14,323 bases of DNA from Saprospiraceae bacterium (GCA_020629845.1 JAHDCQ010000096.1:2650-16972); one strand, 5' to 3'. Numbered from the stretch's first letter, positions 1 to 7,989 are shown. The notes: a model not told the origin generated them from the sequence alone. Translations and numbers: made by a program.

Positions 1-2
1 TT

Positions 3-158
3 TACAAGTGTAAAGCCATTAGAGGTACAGAAGATTTGTCCTATTATCTAGATATGAGATGGAAAGATGTGAGACCCGCATCTAACAAGGAAAAAATTAC
101 CGTTCTCTTAACATCTAGAGGGGTTACTACGCTTCATAAACTTGGTCGAAATACATAG
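3..158 (+). CDS. Possible 3' end of an upstream gene; partial, the 5' end is outside the window
   Basis: Frame 3 is open from the window edge to a TAG at 156-158 (52 codons: ...SYYLDMRWKDVRPASNKEKITVLLTSRGVTTLHKLGRNT*). There is no start codon and no recognisable motif. It overlaps the left inverted-repeat arm at 49-60, so it may be non-coding. Confidence 0.15.
   Translation, partial: YKCKAIRGTEDLSYYLDMRWKDVRPASNKEKITVLLTSRGVTTLHKLGRNT
49..60. repeat. Left arm of a 12-bp perfect inverted repeat (TAGATATGAGAT); the partner is at 281-292
   Basis: The reverse complement of 49-60 equals 281-292 (ATCTCATATCTA) exactly. The arms flank a roughly 220-bp AT-rich segment directly upstream of the PorE-like gene. 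Confidence 0.6.
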
Positions 159-267
159 ATACAATTTATTAAAAAATAAATACGTTAAAATGGTCGGTTT
201 TCAACGTAGAGCCGAACAGATTAAAAATAAAAGGTGATTGAGTGTTAGAGAAATGCTTTAGACAAAG

Positions 268-295
268 TCTCATATCTCATATCTCATATCTATCT
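268..295. repeat. Tandem heptamer microsatellite (CATATCT) with about 3 full copies plus partial flanking units, 70-95 bp upstream of the gene 1 start
   Basis: Read directly: tct CATATCT CATATCT CATATCT atct. The right inverted-repeat arm at 281-292 lies inside this array. Confidence 0.85.
281..292. repeat. Right arm (ATCTCATATCTA) of the 12-bp inverted repeat whose left arm is at 49-60
   Basis: It is an exact reverse complement of 49-60 and is embedded in the CATATCT heptamer array. Confidence 0.6.
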
Positions 296-363
296 AACAG
301 ACATCTACCAATACAAAATTTCGACCAATGTTACGCAATTGGAATATGCAAAAGCCAAATACC

Positions 364-2904
364 ATGAGAGGAAAAAAAATAACATTACTACTCAGCTTTG
401 TACTCTTCACATTGTTGGGTGTGCAGGCGCAAATTGGAGATAACGAATTTAAGGGCGGCGGCGCAAGCTTGAAGCAATACGTCAAAATAGCAAAGGAAGC
501 CTTTGAAAATAAGGACTACTATACCGCTATGGTGCGCTATAAGCAAGCCACCGAAATTAGTCCAAATAATTTGGATTTAAAGTATGCTCATGCGGAGTCA
601 GCACGCCTATTGAATGCGTATACCGTAGCAGAAATGAGCTACACCGAGGTGATAGAGGCGCGTGGAGAGAATCAGTACCCTTTGGCGGAATTGTGGTTGG
701 CAGAGGTGAAGCAAAACTTGGATAAATACCAAGAAGGCATTGCCCTTTTCGACTCTTTTTTGGAAGCCCAAACAGGCAATGAAAGTATAAAAACGTACTA
801 CATACAGCGTGCCAAGAAGGGTAGAATGGATTGTGAATGGGCGCGTGTAAAGTCCTTAGAGCCACAAGATATTCAAATTATACATCTGGGAAATGAAGTG
901 AACTCGGAATACAACGAAATCGCGCCTTTCTTAAAAGGGGATACGTTATTCTTGTCTTCTACACGCTTTCGCAATGAGGAAGAAAATAATGGTGATGCTC
1001 GTTTGTATACCCGCATGATGGCTTCGGTAGATGGCGGAGATAGTTTTGAGCTGACAGAGCATAAGGTAAATGAACCAGGTAGACACGCCGCAAACGTTGC
1101 CTTTAGTGATGACTATAAGCGCATGTATTACACCCTTTGTGATTATGTGGGAGAAAGTGCACAGATTCGCTGCGCGATTTACTTCAAGGAATTACTAGCA
1201 GATGGGGTATGGAGTTCAGCAATAAAATTGCCTGACCATATCAACCCCGTAAATGCAAGCTCTACACATCCAAGTATTAGCTACGATAAGTCCGAAGGTT
1301 CGGAAGTACTCTACTTTGCATCCGATATGGAAGGTGGTAAGGGAAAGATGGACATTTGGATGAGTAAAATAGCAGAAGATGGCACGGTAGGCGAACCCGT
1401 GAATATGGAGCAAATCAATAGCGAGGAGAATGAAGTGACTCCTTTCTTCCATGAGCAATCGCAGACCTTATATTTTTCTTCGGATGGTTTGCAAGGCTTT
1501 GGAGCGTACGACATTTACGAAATGACGAAAAAAGATGGCGCTTGGAAAGACCCTGAAAACATGGGCGCACCCATCAATAGTAGCTTGAACGATGTGTATT
1601 TCTCGCTCAATCAAGATGGCTCTATGGCAGTCATGTCATCCAATCGTAAAGGCTCTATCTACATTGACCCGAAGGATGAAATTTGCTGTAATGATGTCTA
1701 TAAATTTGAATTCAATACGCAAGTAGAAGTATTGGTATCTACTTTCGAGGGATTGACAAAAGAAGAGTTAGCCGGCGTAACCGTTACCGTATATGAAGTA
1801 GGCGACGACGGCGAATTGATTGAAATCGAAATGCTGACCAATTTGGATGATAACGAATTTCCATTCTTCCTCGAAAGAGGCAAGAAGTATATTATAGAAG
1901 GTAAAAAGGATGGCTATGTAGTAGCAAAGGAAGAACTCTTCATTCCAGAAGATGCGCCTGACCAAATTCTACAAGACCTTTACCTTGACCCTATCACGGT
2001 GGACTTGAAAGTATTGGTTTATGACTTGGATTCAGGCTTACCGCTGAATGGCGTGACGGTTCAAATTGTAGAGATAAGCGAGGATGGCAGCGAGAAAATA
2101 GTACAAGAGCAACTCAACGAAGTAGGCAATGATTTCCAGTTTCCATTGGATAGAGACAAAAAATATGTCATTCGTGCGAAGAAGCCTGCCTATAAGCCGC
2201 TTGATGACTTGGAGTTGAATACCTTCGATATAACGAAGTCAGAGACCTTCCTAGCAGAATTGCAACTGAAGCGTACAGGTTTCTTGGATTATCTACCCTT
2301 AGCGATTTATTTCGATAATGATTATCCATCGCCTGATTCGCGTAGCAAAACGACCGAAGATGGCTACGAAGACCTCATAGATGCCTACTATGCGCGCAAG
2401 GAAGAGTATAAACTACTCTTTACGGATCCAATGACGCAAGAAGAGGCTTTCTTGACGGCACAGCGTTATGAATCCTTCTTCGAGCGGGAAGTGAAGCAGG
2501 GCTATGAAGACCTGCGTGAATTTGCTAACGCCTTATTATCCTTCTTAGATAATGGCAATCAGGTTCGTATCGCGCTGAAGGGTTTTGCGAGTCCACGTTC
2601 TACCGATTCGTACAATTACAACTTGAGTGCGCGTCGTATCAATAGTATCGAAAACTTTTTCCGCAGCTATAGCGGAGGGCTATTGCTCAAATACCTAGAA
2701 GATGGTCGTTTCGCTATTGAGCGCGAACCAATAGGAGAGGAGCAAGCACCCAACTTTGTAATAGATAAAATCCAAGATGAGCGAAACTCTATCTTTAGCC
2801 TCGGGGCATCCCTAGAACGTCGGGTAGAGATTATTGAGGCGGAAATAATTCTTGGTGAAACCGATGGCTCTCAATTTGAGATTAAAGGCGAGGGCGAACG
2901 TTAA
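364..2904 (+). CDS. PorE-like multidomain OmpA-family periplasmic/outer-membrane protein with a signal peptide, a TPR-like region, a PD40/TolB-type beta-propeller, two tandem carboxypeptidase-regulatory-like beta-sandwich repeats, and a C-terminal OmpA_C peptidoglycan-binding domain
   Basis: An 858-codon ORF spans 328-2904. The best start is the ATG at 364, which gives a classic signal peptide (MRGKKITLLLSFVLFTLLGVQA/QIG); the ATGs at 328 and 346 are alternatives. PD40-like repeats are present (EIAPFLKGDTLFLSSTR; VTPFFHEQSQTLYFSSDG; LNDVYFSLNQDGSMAV). Two similar beta-sandwich modules cover VEVLVSTFEGL...KKYIIEGKKDGY and LKVLVYDLDSG...KKYVIRAKKPAY. The OmpA_C core motif is NGNQVRIALKGFASPRSTDSYNYNLSARRINSI, corresponding to the G-x-T-D-x-x-G-x-x-x-YN-x-x-LS-x-x-RA pattern. 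This four-domain architecture matches the T9SS component PorE of Porphyromonas gingivalis; unlike PorE, no lipobox Cys is present. Confidence 0.9.
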   Translation: MRGKKITLLLSFVLFTLLGVQAQIGDNEFKGGGASLKQYVKIAKEAFENKDYYTAMVRYKQATEISPNNLDLKYAHAESARLLNAYTVAEMSYTEVIEARGENQYPLAELWLAEVKQNLDKYQEGIALFDSFLEAQTGNESIKTYYIQRAKKGRMDCEWARVKSLEPQDIQIIHLGNEVNSEYNEIAPFLKGDTLFLSSTRFRNEEENNGDARLYTRMMASVDGGDSFELTEHKVNEPGRHAANVAFSDDYKRMYYTLCDYVGESAQIRCAIYFKELLADGVWSSAIKLPDHINPVNASSTHPSISYDKSEGSEVLYFASDMEGGKGKMDIWMSKIAEDGTVGEPVNMEQINSEENEVTPFFHEQSQTLYFSSDGLQGFGAYDIYEMTKKDGAWKDPENMGAPINSSLNDVYFSLNQDGSMAVMSSNRKGSIYIDPKDEICCNDVYKFEFNTQVEVLVSTFEGLTKEELAGVTVTVYEVGDDGELIEIEMLTNLDDNEFPFFLERGKKYIIEGKKDGYVVAKEELFIPEDAPDQILQDLYLDPITVDLKVLVYDLDSGLPLNGVTVQIVEISEDGSEKIVQEQLNEVGNDFQFPLDRDKKYVIRAKKPAYKPLDDLELNTFDITKSETFLAELQLKRTGFLDYLPLAIYFDNDYPSPDSRSKTTEDGYEDLIDAYYARKEEYKLLFTDPMTQEEAFLTAQRYESFFEREVKQGYEDLREFANALLSFLDNGNQVRIALKGFASPRSTDSYNYNLSARRINSIENFFRSYSGGLLLKYLEDGRFAIEREPIGEEQAPNFVIDKIQDERNSIFSLGASLERRVEIIEAEIILGETDGSQFEIKGEGER

Positions 2905-2912
2905 ATTTAATG

Positions 2913-2989
2913 TACAATTGACAATTAACAATTGACAGTTTCAGGACTATGGAATTGTCAATTGTTCAATTGTCAATTGTCAATTTTTT
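2913..2989. repeat. Heptad-periodic CAATTG array: block A (ACAATTG-like x3, 2913-2936) and inverted block B (CAATTGT-like x5, 2952-2987), ending in a T6 run. It could fold as a long imperfect hairpin.
   Basis: Exact CAATTG copies are at 2915, 2929, 2959, 2967 and 2974, with near-copies at 2922 (CAATTA), 2952 (GAATTG) and 2981 (CAATTT). Spacing is 7-8 bp. The reverse complement of block B is ACAATTGACAATTGAACAATTGACA against block A ACAATTGACAATTAACAATTGACA, giving about 24 bp of pairing with one bulge, then TTTTTT at 2984-2989. Confidence 0.85.
2913..2989 (+). terminator. Candidate intrinsic terminator for the PorE-like gene (long AT-rich stem from the inverted CAATTG blocks plus a U6 tract)
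   Basis: Inverted blocks A and B are followed immediately by T6. The stem is AT-rich, so stability is uncertain. The array is only 27 bp upstream of the adhesin start at 3016, so a role in promoter or regulation is equally possible. Confidence 0.35.
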
Positions 2990-3015
2990 ACATTGATATT
3001 TTGAAATCCCTGACT

Positions 3016-6000
3016 ATGACACAGGTTACACGATGGACTGCTTTTAGTCCATTTTCAGTATTTAAGCTTGCAGTATTACTTGTATCCTTTGCACTTTTTG
3101 TGCCATTCCAAGCCAATGCAACCCACATTGTAGGGGGAGAAATTGGCTACCGTTGCCTCGGCAATGACCAATACGAAGTCATACTCAGCGTTTATCGAGA
3201 TTGTATTAATGCGGGACCCGATACCGAATTTGATGACCCTGCATCCGTTGGTATTTTCTTGAATTCCACAGGAGCTTTGGTGGACACTTTCCCCATGTTT
3301 TTTATGGGCGATGATACCTTGCGCGAATTTTTATTAGACGATTGCTTGATGGTGCAAAGTCCCGTATGTGTGCATACGACCACTTATCGGCAAGTCATTA
3401 CCCTGCCCTTTGTAGATGGAGGCTATGAATTGGCCTATCAACGCTGTTGTCGAAATGAGACCTTAAATAACATTATCAATCCAAAAGAAACAGGAGCTAC
3501 TTATACTATAAAACTAACAGAAGCCGCCCTGATGAACTGTAATGCCTCCCCGCAGTTTCGGGCGTGGCCACCCATTTTTGTCTGTGCCGATCAATTTATA
3601 TCCTACGATCACTCCGCCTCCGATATGGACGGGGATTCGCTTGTCTATCGGCTCTGTACACCGAATTCAGGAGCAACAGAGATGTTTCCCAAACCTGGTA
3701 TTCCATCCTCGCCACCTTATGATACCGTTGTTTGGAATGCGCCAACTTATGATTTAGAAAATGTATTAGGTGCGGCAGGCCGTCCTTTAAGTATCAATCC
3801 TCGAAATGGACGAATTATTGCCAGACCAGGGATTACTGGGCAATTTGTAGTAGGCATTTGTGTAGAAGAATATCGAAACGGCATACTACTCTCCGAAACA
3901 AGGCGGGATTTTCAGTACAATGTCGTGCCTTGTGCGGAAATTGAGGCGGTTCCTGTGATTGAAAGTGGAGATTTTCAATGTGAAGATTTAAGTGTCGTAT
4001 TTGAAAATGGTAGTCGTGATGCGAATGATTTTCTTTGGACTTTCGATTTGCTGGGAGATAGTACCTTAACTTCCACAGAATTTAGTCCAACCTTTACCTA
4101 TCCTGATACAGGTTCGTATCGAGTACGCTTGATAGCAGAGCCAGAAAGTACTTGTGCAGACACTTCTTTTATAAATATTACACTTGTTCCGAATTCGGTA
4201 ACGGCTGGTATAAATATTGAAACCTTCGATTGTGGTGATACTACTGTTGCTACCTTCTTGGATGGTTCTACAGATAGCATTTCCTTTATCAATCGTTGGG
4301 AATGGAATGTTAATATAGCAGATACGCTTTATACCGCCACAGAACAAAACCCGACCCTCTTTCTCCCACGCGATTCTTCGGGTAGGGCAGAGCTTACGGT
4401 GCGTTCCAATTTAGGATGTACCGAAACGGTTAGTATAGATTTTATGACAGGCATGTCTGACCCTACCGCCTTTCTGCCCGATACGCTCTTTATATGTGAA
4501 GGAGATACGGTCTCTTTGAACCCACTCGCCCCTGAAAGTACCTTCTTTAATTATAGATGGCGTGGTGGCGTACTTAGCCCAAGTCCCAATATTCCGAATC
4601 CCACAGCCAATCCTCGAAATACGACGACTTATACTGCGCGTATCTTTCCGCCCAACTCGGCCTGTCAGGTGGAGCATGATGTAACGGTAGTGGTGACGGA
4701 AGGTCCACAAGCCTTAGCCGTCGAAACGATACCCGACTGCGCGGATGCACTGACCTTTAATTTTGTAGGGATAGCACAAGGTACAGACTTGTTTAGGTGG
4801 AATTTTGGAGATACAACTAATGTCGGCTTCATTGAAGGAGGTTCAAATATTTCCTACACTTATCCCGACACAGGACGTTATGAAATACAGTTCGTTGCCG
4901 TAGGTGGCACCTGTTCGGATACACTCACGCAACTCATTGTAATAGATAGTGCAGATAGCAATGCGGATGTCTCCGTGAGCATACGAGACGACTTTATCGA
5001 ATCCTGCGACCCAAGCGTTACGGTTACTGCTGATGTAACAAATGCTTTGACTATCAATTGGTTGAATGCACAAGACAGCGTTATTGCTACTACTGCTACG
5101 GCGGAATTGCCTTTAGTAGGCGAAACAACCTATGTAGTGCAAGCCACGAGTGCGTCGGGCTGCACGGTAGTAGATTCGATACAAACACGCTCTAGGGCGG
5201 TCAATGTCGCCTTGCCAAGCAATCAAGACCTATGCTTAGGCGATACCGCCAACTTGACCATTACGAATCTTGGCTTCGATGAAGTGAACTATCGTTGGAC
5301 ACCTGATTCGTTGATTATAACAGGGGCAGATACGAATAGCCCGCAAGTGCCTGTAGGCGTAGGCGAACGTTTCTATGAAGTATTTATGGACAATGCCTTT
5401 GGCTGCCAAGATTCGGCACAAATCCGAGTAACGGTCATTGACCCCAACCTTGAACTTACCTTCGATGCGAATGTGCAATGTGATGGTACATCTGTAGCTT
5501 TAGTTAATACAACACCTGTAGAATATTCCCGCTATCAATGGCTACTTGGCGATGCAGGAAATACGGAAATGATTGGCGATAGTGTTCTTTTCAACTATCA
5601 AGTAGCGGGCGATTTTCAAGTGTGTTTGACACTCGATTATGACGCCGCTTGTGTAGATACGGTCTGTCAAATGATAACAACCCGCGATGGTGACGGTGCA
5701 TTTATGCCAGCCTTCAATTTTGATATCATAGGCTGTAATGAAGATAGCTTAACGATTCAATTCTTAAACGAATCGGTATCTAGCTTCCCAGATGTTACCT
5801 ATGAGTGGACATTTGGCGATAGTACCGTAGTAGTGGACGAAAATCCAATCCTTAGCTTCACGCAATCGCAATTGCTACCCGTGCAACTCACCTTGCGCGC
5901 CAGCGAAGATTGTACGGCAAGCCTAATGCAAGCCGTGCCTATCAATGTGCTTGAAATAGCATTGGATAGTATTACAAGCCTCTGTCCAGGTAGTTCAGTG

Positions 6001-7929
6001 GTCTTGAATCCAGGTGGCAATCCAGACTTAAATTATCAATGGTCGCCAAGTGAAGGTTTAAGCGATCCGAATGCGCCTAGTCCGACAGTAAGCGCAAACA
6101 CGACTACGACCTATAGCGTAGTGGTATCAAATCCATTAAATGAAGACTGCTTACTTACTTCTTCCACTATTGTAGATGTAAGTGGGGCATTAGATACAGG
6201 CTTGCCTAGCGACCTCGTGACTTGTGGCGAAGAACTACGCATTGGTGTGAATCCAATATCAGGTGTAAATGTCACTTGGACGGGCAACGATGGCGTACCA
6301 ATTATGGGTGATACCATCATCGTAGCTGCCGATTATGAAGGTTCGTATATCATCGAGGCAATGGATACTACGGGGATGTGTGCAGGTATTGATACCATTA
6401 ATTTCCTAAGTCGCGGCTTAAATATTATTGAGCCTATCGGCGATACGATTACCACTTGTGAAGGACAAACAGTACGCGTAGGCTTATCGAATGGCAACCC
6501 AGGCGATACGCTCAATGTGATGTGGTCGCCGCTAGATATAATCACCCGCGACTCCAACACCATTAGTCCGACTTTCTTCGGTATCACGGATACTATAATG
6601 ACGCTCTACTATACGGCAGAGAATCAATTTGGCTGTATGCTGTCCGATTCTTTAGCTTTTAAAGTACGTGATTTCGATGTGCGTTTACCAGAAGATGGCT
6701 TTACGGTCTGTCCGAATGCACCGACGGAACTCAATCCAGACTTTAATCCAAATTTAGAATATACTTGGTCGCCAGCTATAGGCTTGGATAGTACAAGCAT
6801 TGGCAACCCAATGATTAATATCTCTGACTCTACCGCCTATAATGTTGTGGTGACAGTAGGGCAGGGGGCAGGTGCTTGCCGCGACTCCTTCCTTGTAGAA
6901 GTGGGACTTCGGGACGCGGCTATGCTGATGTTTGAAGAACCTTCGCTTTGCGAATTGGAGCCTGTAACCCTCATGGTGAGTGCCGACCGAGAGGTGACTT
7001 ATGAATGGTCAGATACGCCTGATTTTGATATTATTTTGGGTGAAGAAAATACCATTACAGTAATGCCCGAATTGGGTGCAGATGAGTTCTATGTGCGCTA
7101 TACCGACGCGGACGGCGGTTGTACGAGCATACAAACAGTGACGGTGAATACCTTCCCGATAGATGTGAGTTTGCCCGATGTAACGGAAGTATGTGTAGGT
7201 GCAGGTACGCTCATCAACGTAATGGGGGATACCACAGAGCAAATGCTGACCTTCGATTGGTCGCCTGCGGATATTGTGATAGATGGACAAGGTACTAGTT
7301 CACCAACTATTGAAACTACGCAAATCGGGATACTTTCGGCGGAAGTGCGCAACCAATTTGGCTGTATGGGGACAATAAGTACAGAATTAGACTTAATAGA
7401 TCTTAGCTCAGAAGATGTGATTATTAATGCCTTCCCTGATACGATTGTGTTGGGTAGTACTTCGCAAATACAAGTGTTTATCAATGGTGATTTTGATTAC
7501 CGTTGGACTCCTGTAGAGACGCTCGACGATCCGATTAGCAGCATGCCAATCGCATCACCAGAGCAAACGACGGTCTATGAAGTGGAAATTTCACAAGGCG
7601 ATTGTATTGGCACACAAGAAGTGGAAGTGGTCGTCTTGACAGATGTTTGCCGCGAGCCTTATATTTTCATTCCCGCTGCCTTCACGCCAAATGGTGATGG
7701 TCGAAATGATATGCTTTTTGTGCGCGGAAATCCAATTGAGGAAATTTTCTTTGCGGTTTATGACCGTTGGGGAGAACTCGTTTTCCAAACTACAGATAAA
7801 AATATCGGTTGGGATGGCAGATTTAATGGGCAAGAACTACCGCCTGATGTCTATGGGTACTATCTAGAAGTGACTTGTATAGACGGCATGGAATTTGCTA
7901 AACAAGGCAATGTGACGATTTTGAAATAA
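3016..7929 (+). CDS. Giant T9SS type-B cargo / cell-surface adhesin-like protein (about 1637 aa) with a signal peptide, a Cys-rich N-terminal domain, PKD-like domains, about 9 Ig-like Y-x-W-S/T-P repeats, and a gliding-motility-associated C-terminal sorting domain
   Basis: The ORF runs 2932-7929, but its first 28 codons translate the CAATTG array. The ATG at 3016 gives a signal peptide (MTQVTRWTAFSPFSVFKLAVLLVSFALFVPFQANA/THIVGG). PKD-like signatures are present (FLWTFDLLGDS...FSPTFTYPDTGSYRVRL; FRWNFGDTTN...SYTYPDTGRYEIQF; YEWTFGDSTVVV). The Ig-like modules each have the form 'C-x-G-[DEQ]-x-x-x-L...Y-x-W-S-P...P...TTxY...V...C...V', for example LCPGSSVVLNPGGNPDLNYQWSPSEGLSDPNAPSPTVSANTTTTYSVVV, VCPNAPTELNPDFNPNLEYTWSPAIGL...STAYNVVV and FDYRWTPVETLDDPISSMPIASPEQTTVYEVEI. 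The C-terminus is CREPYIFIPAAFTPNGDGRNDMLFVRGNPIEEIFFAVYDRWGELVFQTTDKNIGWDGRFNGQELPPDVYGYYLEVTCIDG, which is the TIGR04131 / CHU_C type-B T9SS sorting domain. Confidence 0.95.
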   Translation: MTQVTRWTAFSPFSVFKLAVLLVSFALFVPFQANATHIVGGEIGYRCLGNDQYEVILSVYRDCINAGPDTEFDDPASVGIFLNSTGALVDTFPMFFMGDDTLREFLLDDCLMVQSPVCVHTTTYRQVITLPFVDGGYELAYQRCCRNETLNNIINPKETGATYTIKLTEAALMNCNASPQFRAWPPIFVCADQFISYDHSASDMDGDSLVYRLCTPNSGATEMFPKPGIPSSPPYDTVVWNAPTYDLENVLGAAGRPLSINPRNGRIIARPGITGQFVVGICVEEYRNGILLSETRRDFQYNVVPCAEIEAVPVIESGDFQCEDLSVVFENGSRDANDFLWTFDLLGDSTLTSTEFSPTFTYPDTGSYRVRLIAEPESTCADTSFINITLVPNSVTAGINIETFDCGDTTVATFLDGSTDSISFINRWEWNVNIADTLYTATEQNPTLFLPRDSSGRAELTVRSNLGCTETVSIDFMTGMSDPTAFLPDTLFICEGDTVSLNPLAPESTFFNYRWRGGVLSPSPNIPNPTANPRNTTTYTARIFPPNSACQVEHDVTVVVTEGPQALAVETIPDCADALTFNFVGIAQGTDLFRWNFGDTTNVGFIEGGSNISYTYPDTGRYEIQFVAVGGTCSDTLTQLIVIDSADSNADVSVSIRDDFIESCDPSVTVTADVTNALTINWLNAQDSVIATTATAELPLVGETTYVVQATSASGCTVVDSIQTRSRAVNVALPSNQDLCLGDTANLTITNLGFDEVNYRWTPDSLIITGADTNSPQVPVGVGERFYEVFMDNAFGCQDSAQIRVTVIDPNLELTFDANVQCDGTSVALVNTTPVEYSRYQWLLGDAGNTEMIGDSVLFNYQVAGDFQVCLTLDYDAACVDTVCQMITTRDGDGAFMPAFNFDIIGCNEDSLTIQFLNESVSSFPDVTYEWTFGDSTVVVDENPILSFTQSQLLPVQLTLRASEDCTASLMQAVPINVLEIALDSITSLCPGSSVVLNPGGNPDLNYQWSPSEGLSDPNAPSPTVSANTTTTYSVVVSNPLNEDCLLTSSTIVDVSGALDTGLPSDLVTCGEELRIGVNPISGVNVTWTGNDGVPIMGDTIIVAADYEGSYIIEAMDTTGMCAGIDTINFLSRGLNIIEPIGDTITTCEGQTVRVGLSNGNPGDTLNVMWSPLDIITRDSNTISPTFFGITDTIMTLYYTAENQFGCMLSDSLAFKVRDFDVRLPEDGFTVCPNAPTELNPDFNPNLEYTWSPAIGLDSTSIGNPMINISDSTAYNVVVTVGQGAGACRDSFLVEVGLRDAAMLMFEEPSLCELEPVTLMVSADREVTYEWSDTPDFDIILGEENTITVMPELGADEFYVRYTDADGGCTSIQTVTVNTFPIDVSLPDVTEVCVGAGTLINVMGDTTEQMLTFDWSPADIVIDGQGTSSPTIETTQIGILSAEVRNQFGCMGTISTELDLIDLSSEDVIINAFPDTIVLGSTSQIQVFINGDFDYRWTPVETLDDPISSMPIASPEQTTVYEVEISQGDCIGTQEVEVVVLTDVCREPYIFIPAAFTPNGDGRNDMLFVRGNPIEEIFFAVYDRWGELVFQTTDKNIGWDGRFNGQELPPDVYGYYLEVTCIDGMEFAKQGNVTILK
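7645..7926 (+). other. T9SS type-B C-terminal sorting domain (gliding motility-associated C-terminal domain) of the adhesin
   Basis: The last roughly 94 residues carry the hallmark FTPNGDGxND...F.....W.G.......GWDG...G...P.G.YYY motif. Confidence 0.85.
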
Positions 7930-7931
7930 AA

Positions 7932-7969
7932 AAAACGCCTTTTGAAGTTCGGCTTCAAAAGGCGTTTTT
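7932..7969. terminator. Bidirectional rho-independent terminator between the convergent adhesin gene and the small basic-protein gene
   Basis: A perfect 16-bp stem (AAAACGCCTTTTGAAG, loop ttcgg, CTTCAAAAGGCGTTTT) with an A-run on one side and a T-run on the other. It sits 3 bp after the adhesin stop and 20 bp after the stop of the - strand gene at 7990. Confidence 0.85.
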
Positions 7970-7989
7970 CGTCTTACGACTTAGGTATT

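Noticed and set aside
141-160. Possible tRNA-like T-arm (GGTCGAAAT) in the upstream spacer
   Set aside because: It does not match the GGTTCGAATCC T-loop consensus and no cloverleaf can be drawn. No tRNA genes are evident anywhere in the window.
294-1965. Short - strand ORFs (294-485, 557-865, 1216-1514, 1698-1965) overlapping gene 1
   Set aside because: All are antisense to the PorE-like CDS, short (61-102 aa) and compositionally unremarkable.
2913-2989. CAATTG array as a CRISPR-like or mobile-element terminal repeat
   Set aside because: The unit length (7 bp) and total span (about 75 bp) are far too short for CRISPR. There are no spacers, and no transposase or target-site duplications nearby. 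A microsatellite or hairpin is the simpler interpretation.
2932-3015. N-terminal extension of the adhesin ORF, starting at the ATG at 2932
   Set aside because: The first 28 codons (MTVSGLWNCQLFNCQLSIFYIDILKSLT) are a translation of the CAATTG repeat array and contain no signal peptide. The ATG at 3016 gives a canonical signal peptide with an ANA/T cleavage site.
3063-3080. An 'IVGG' mature N-terminus suggesting a trypsin-family serine protease domain in the adhesin
   Set aside because: No His (TAAHC), Asp or Ser (GDSGGP) catalytic-triad motifs occur anywhere in the following 300 residues, so the IVGG is most likely coincidental.
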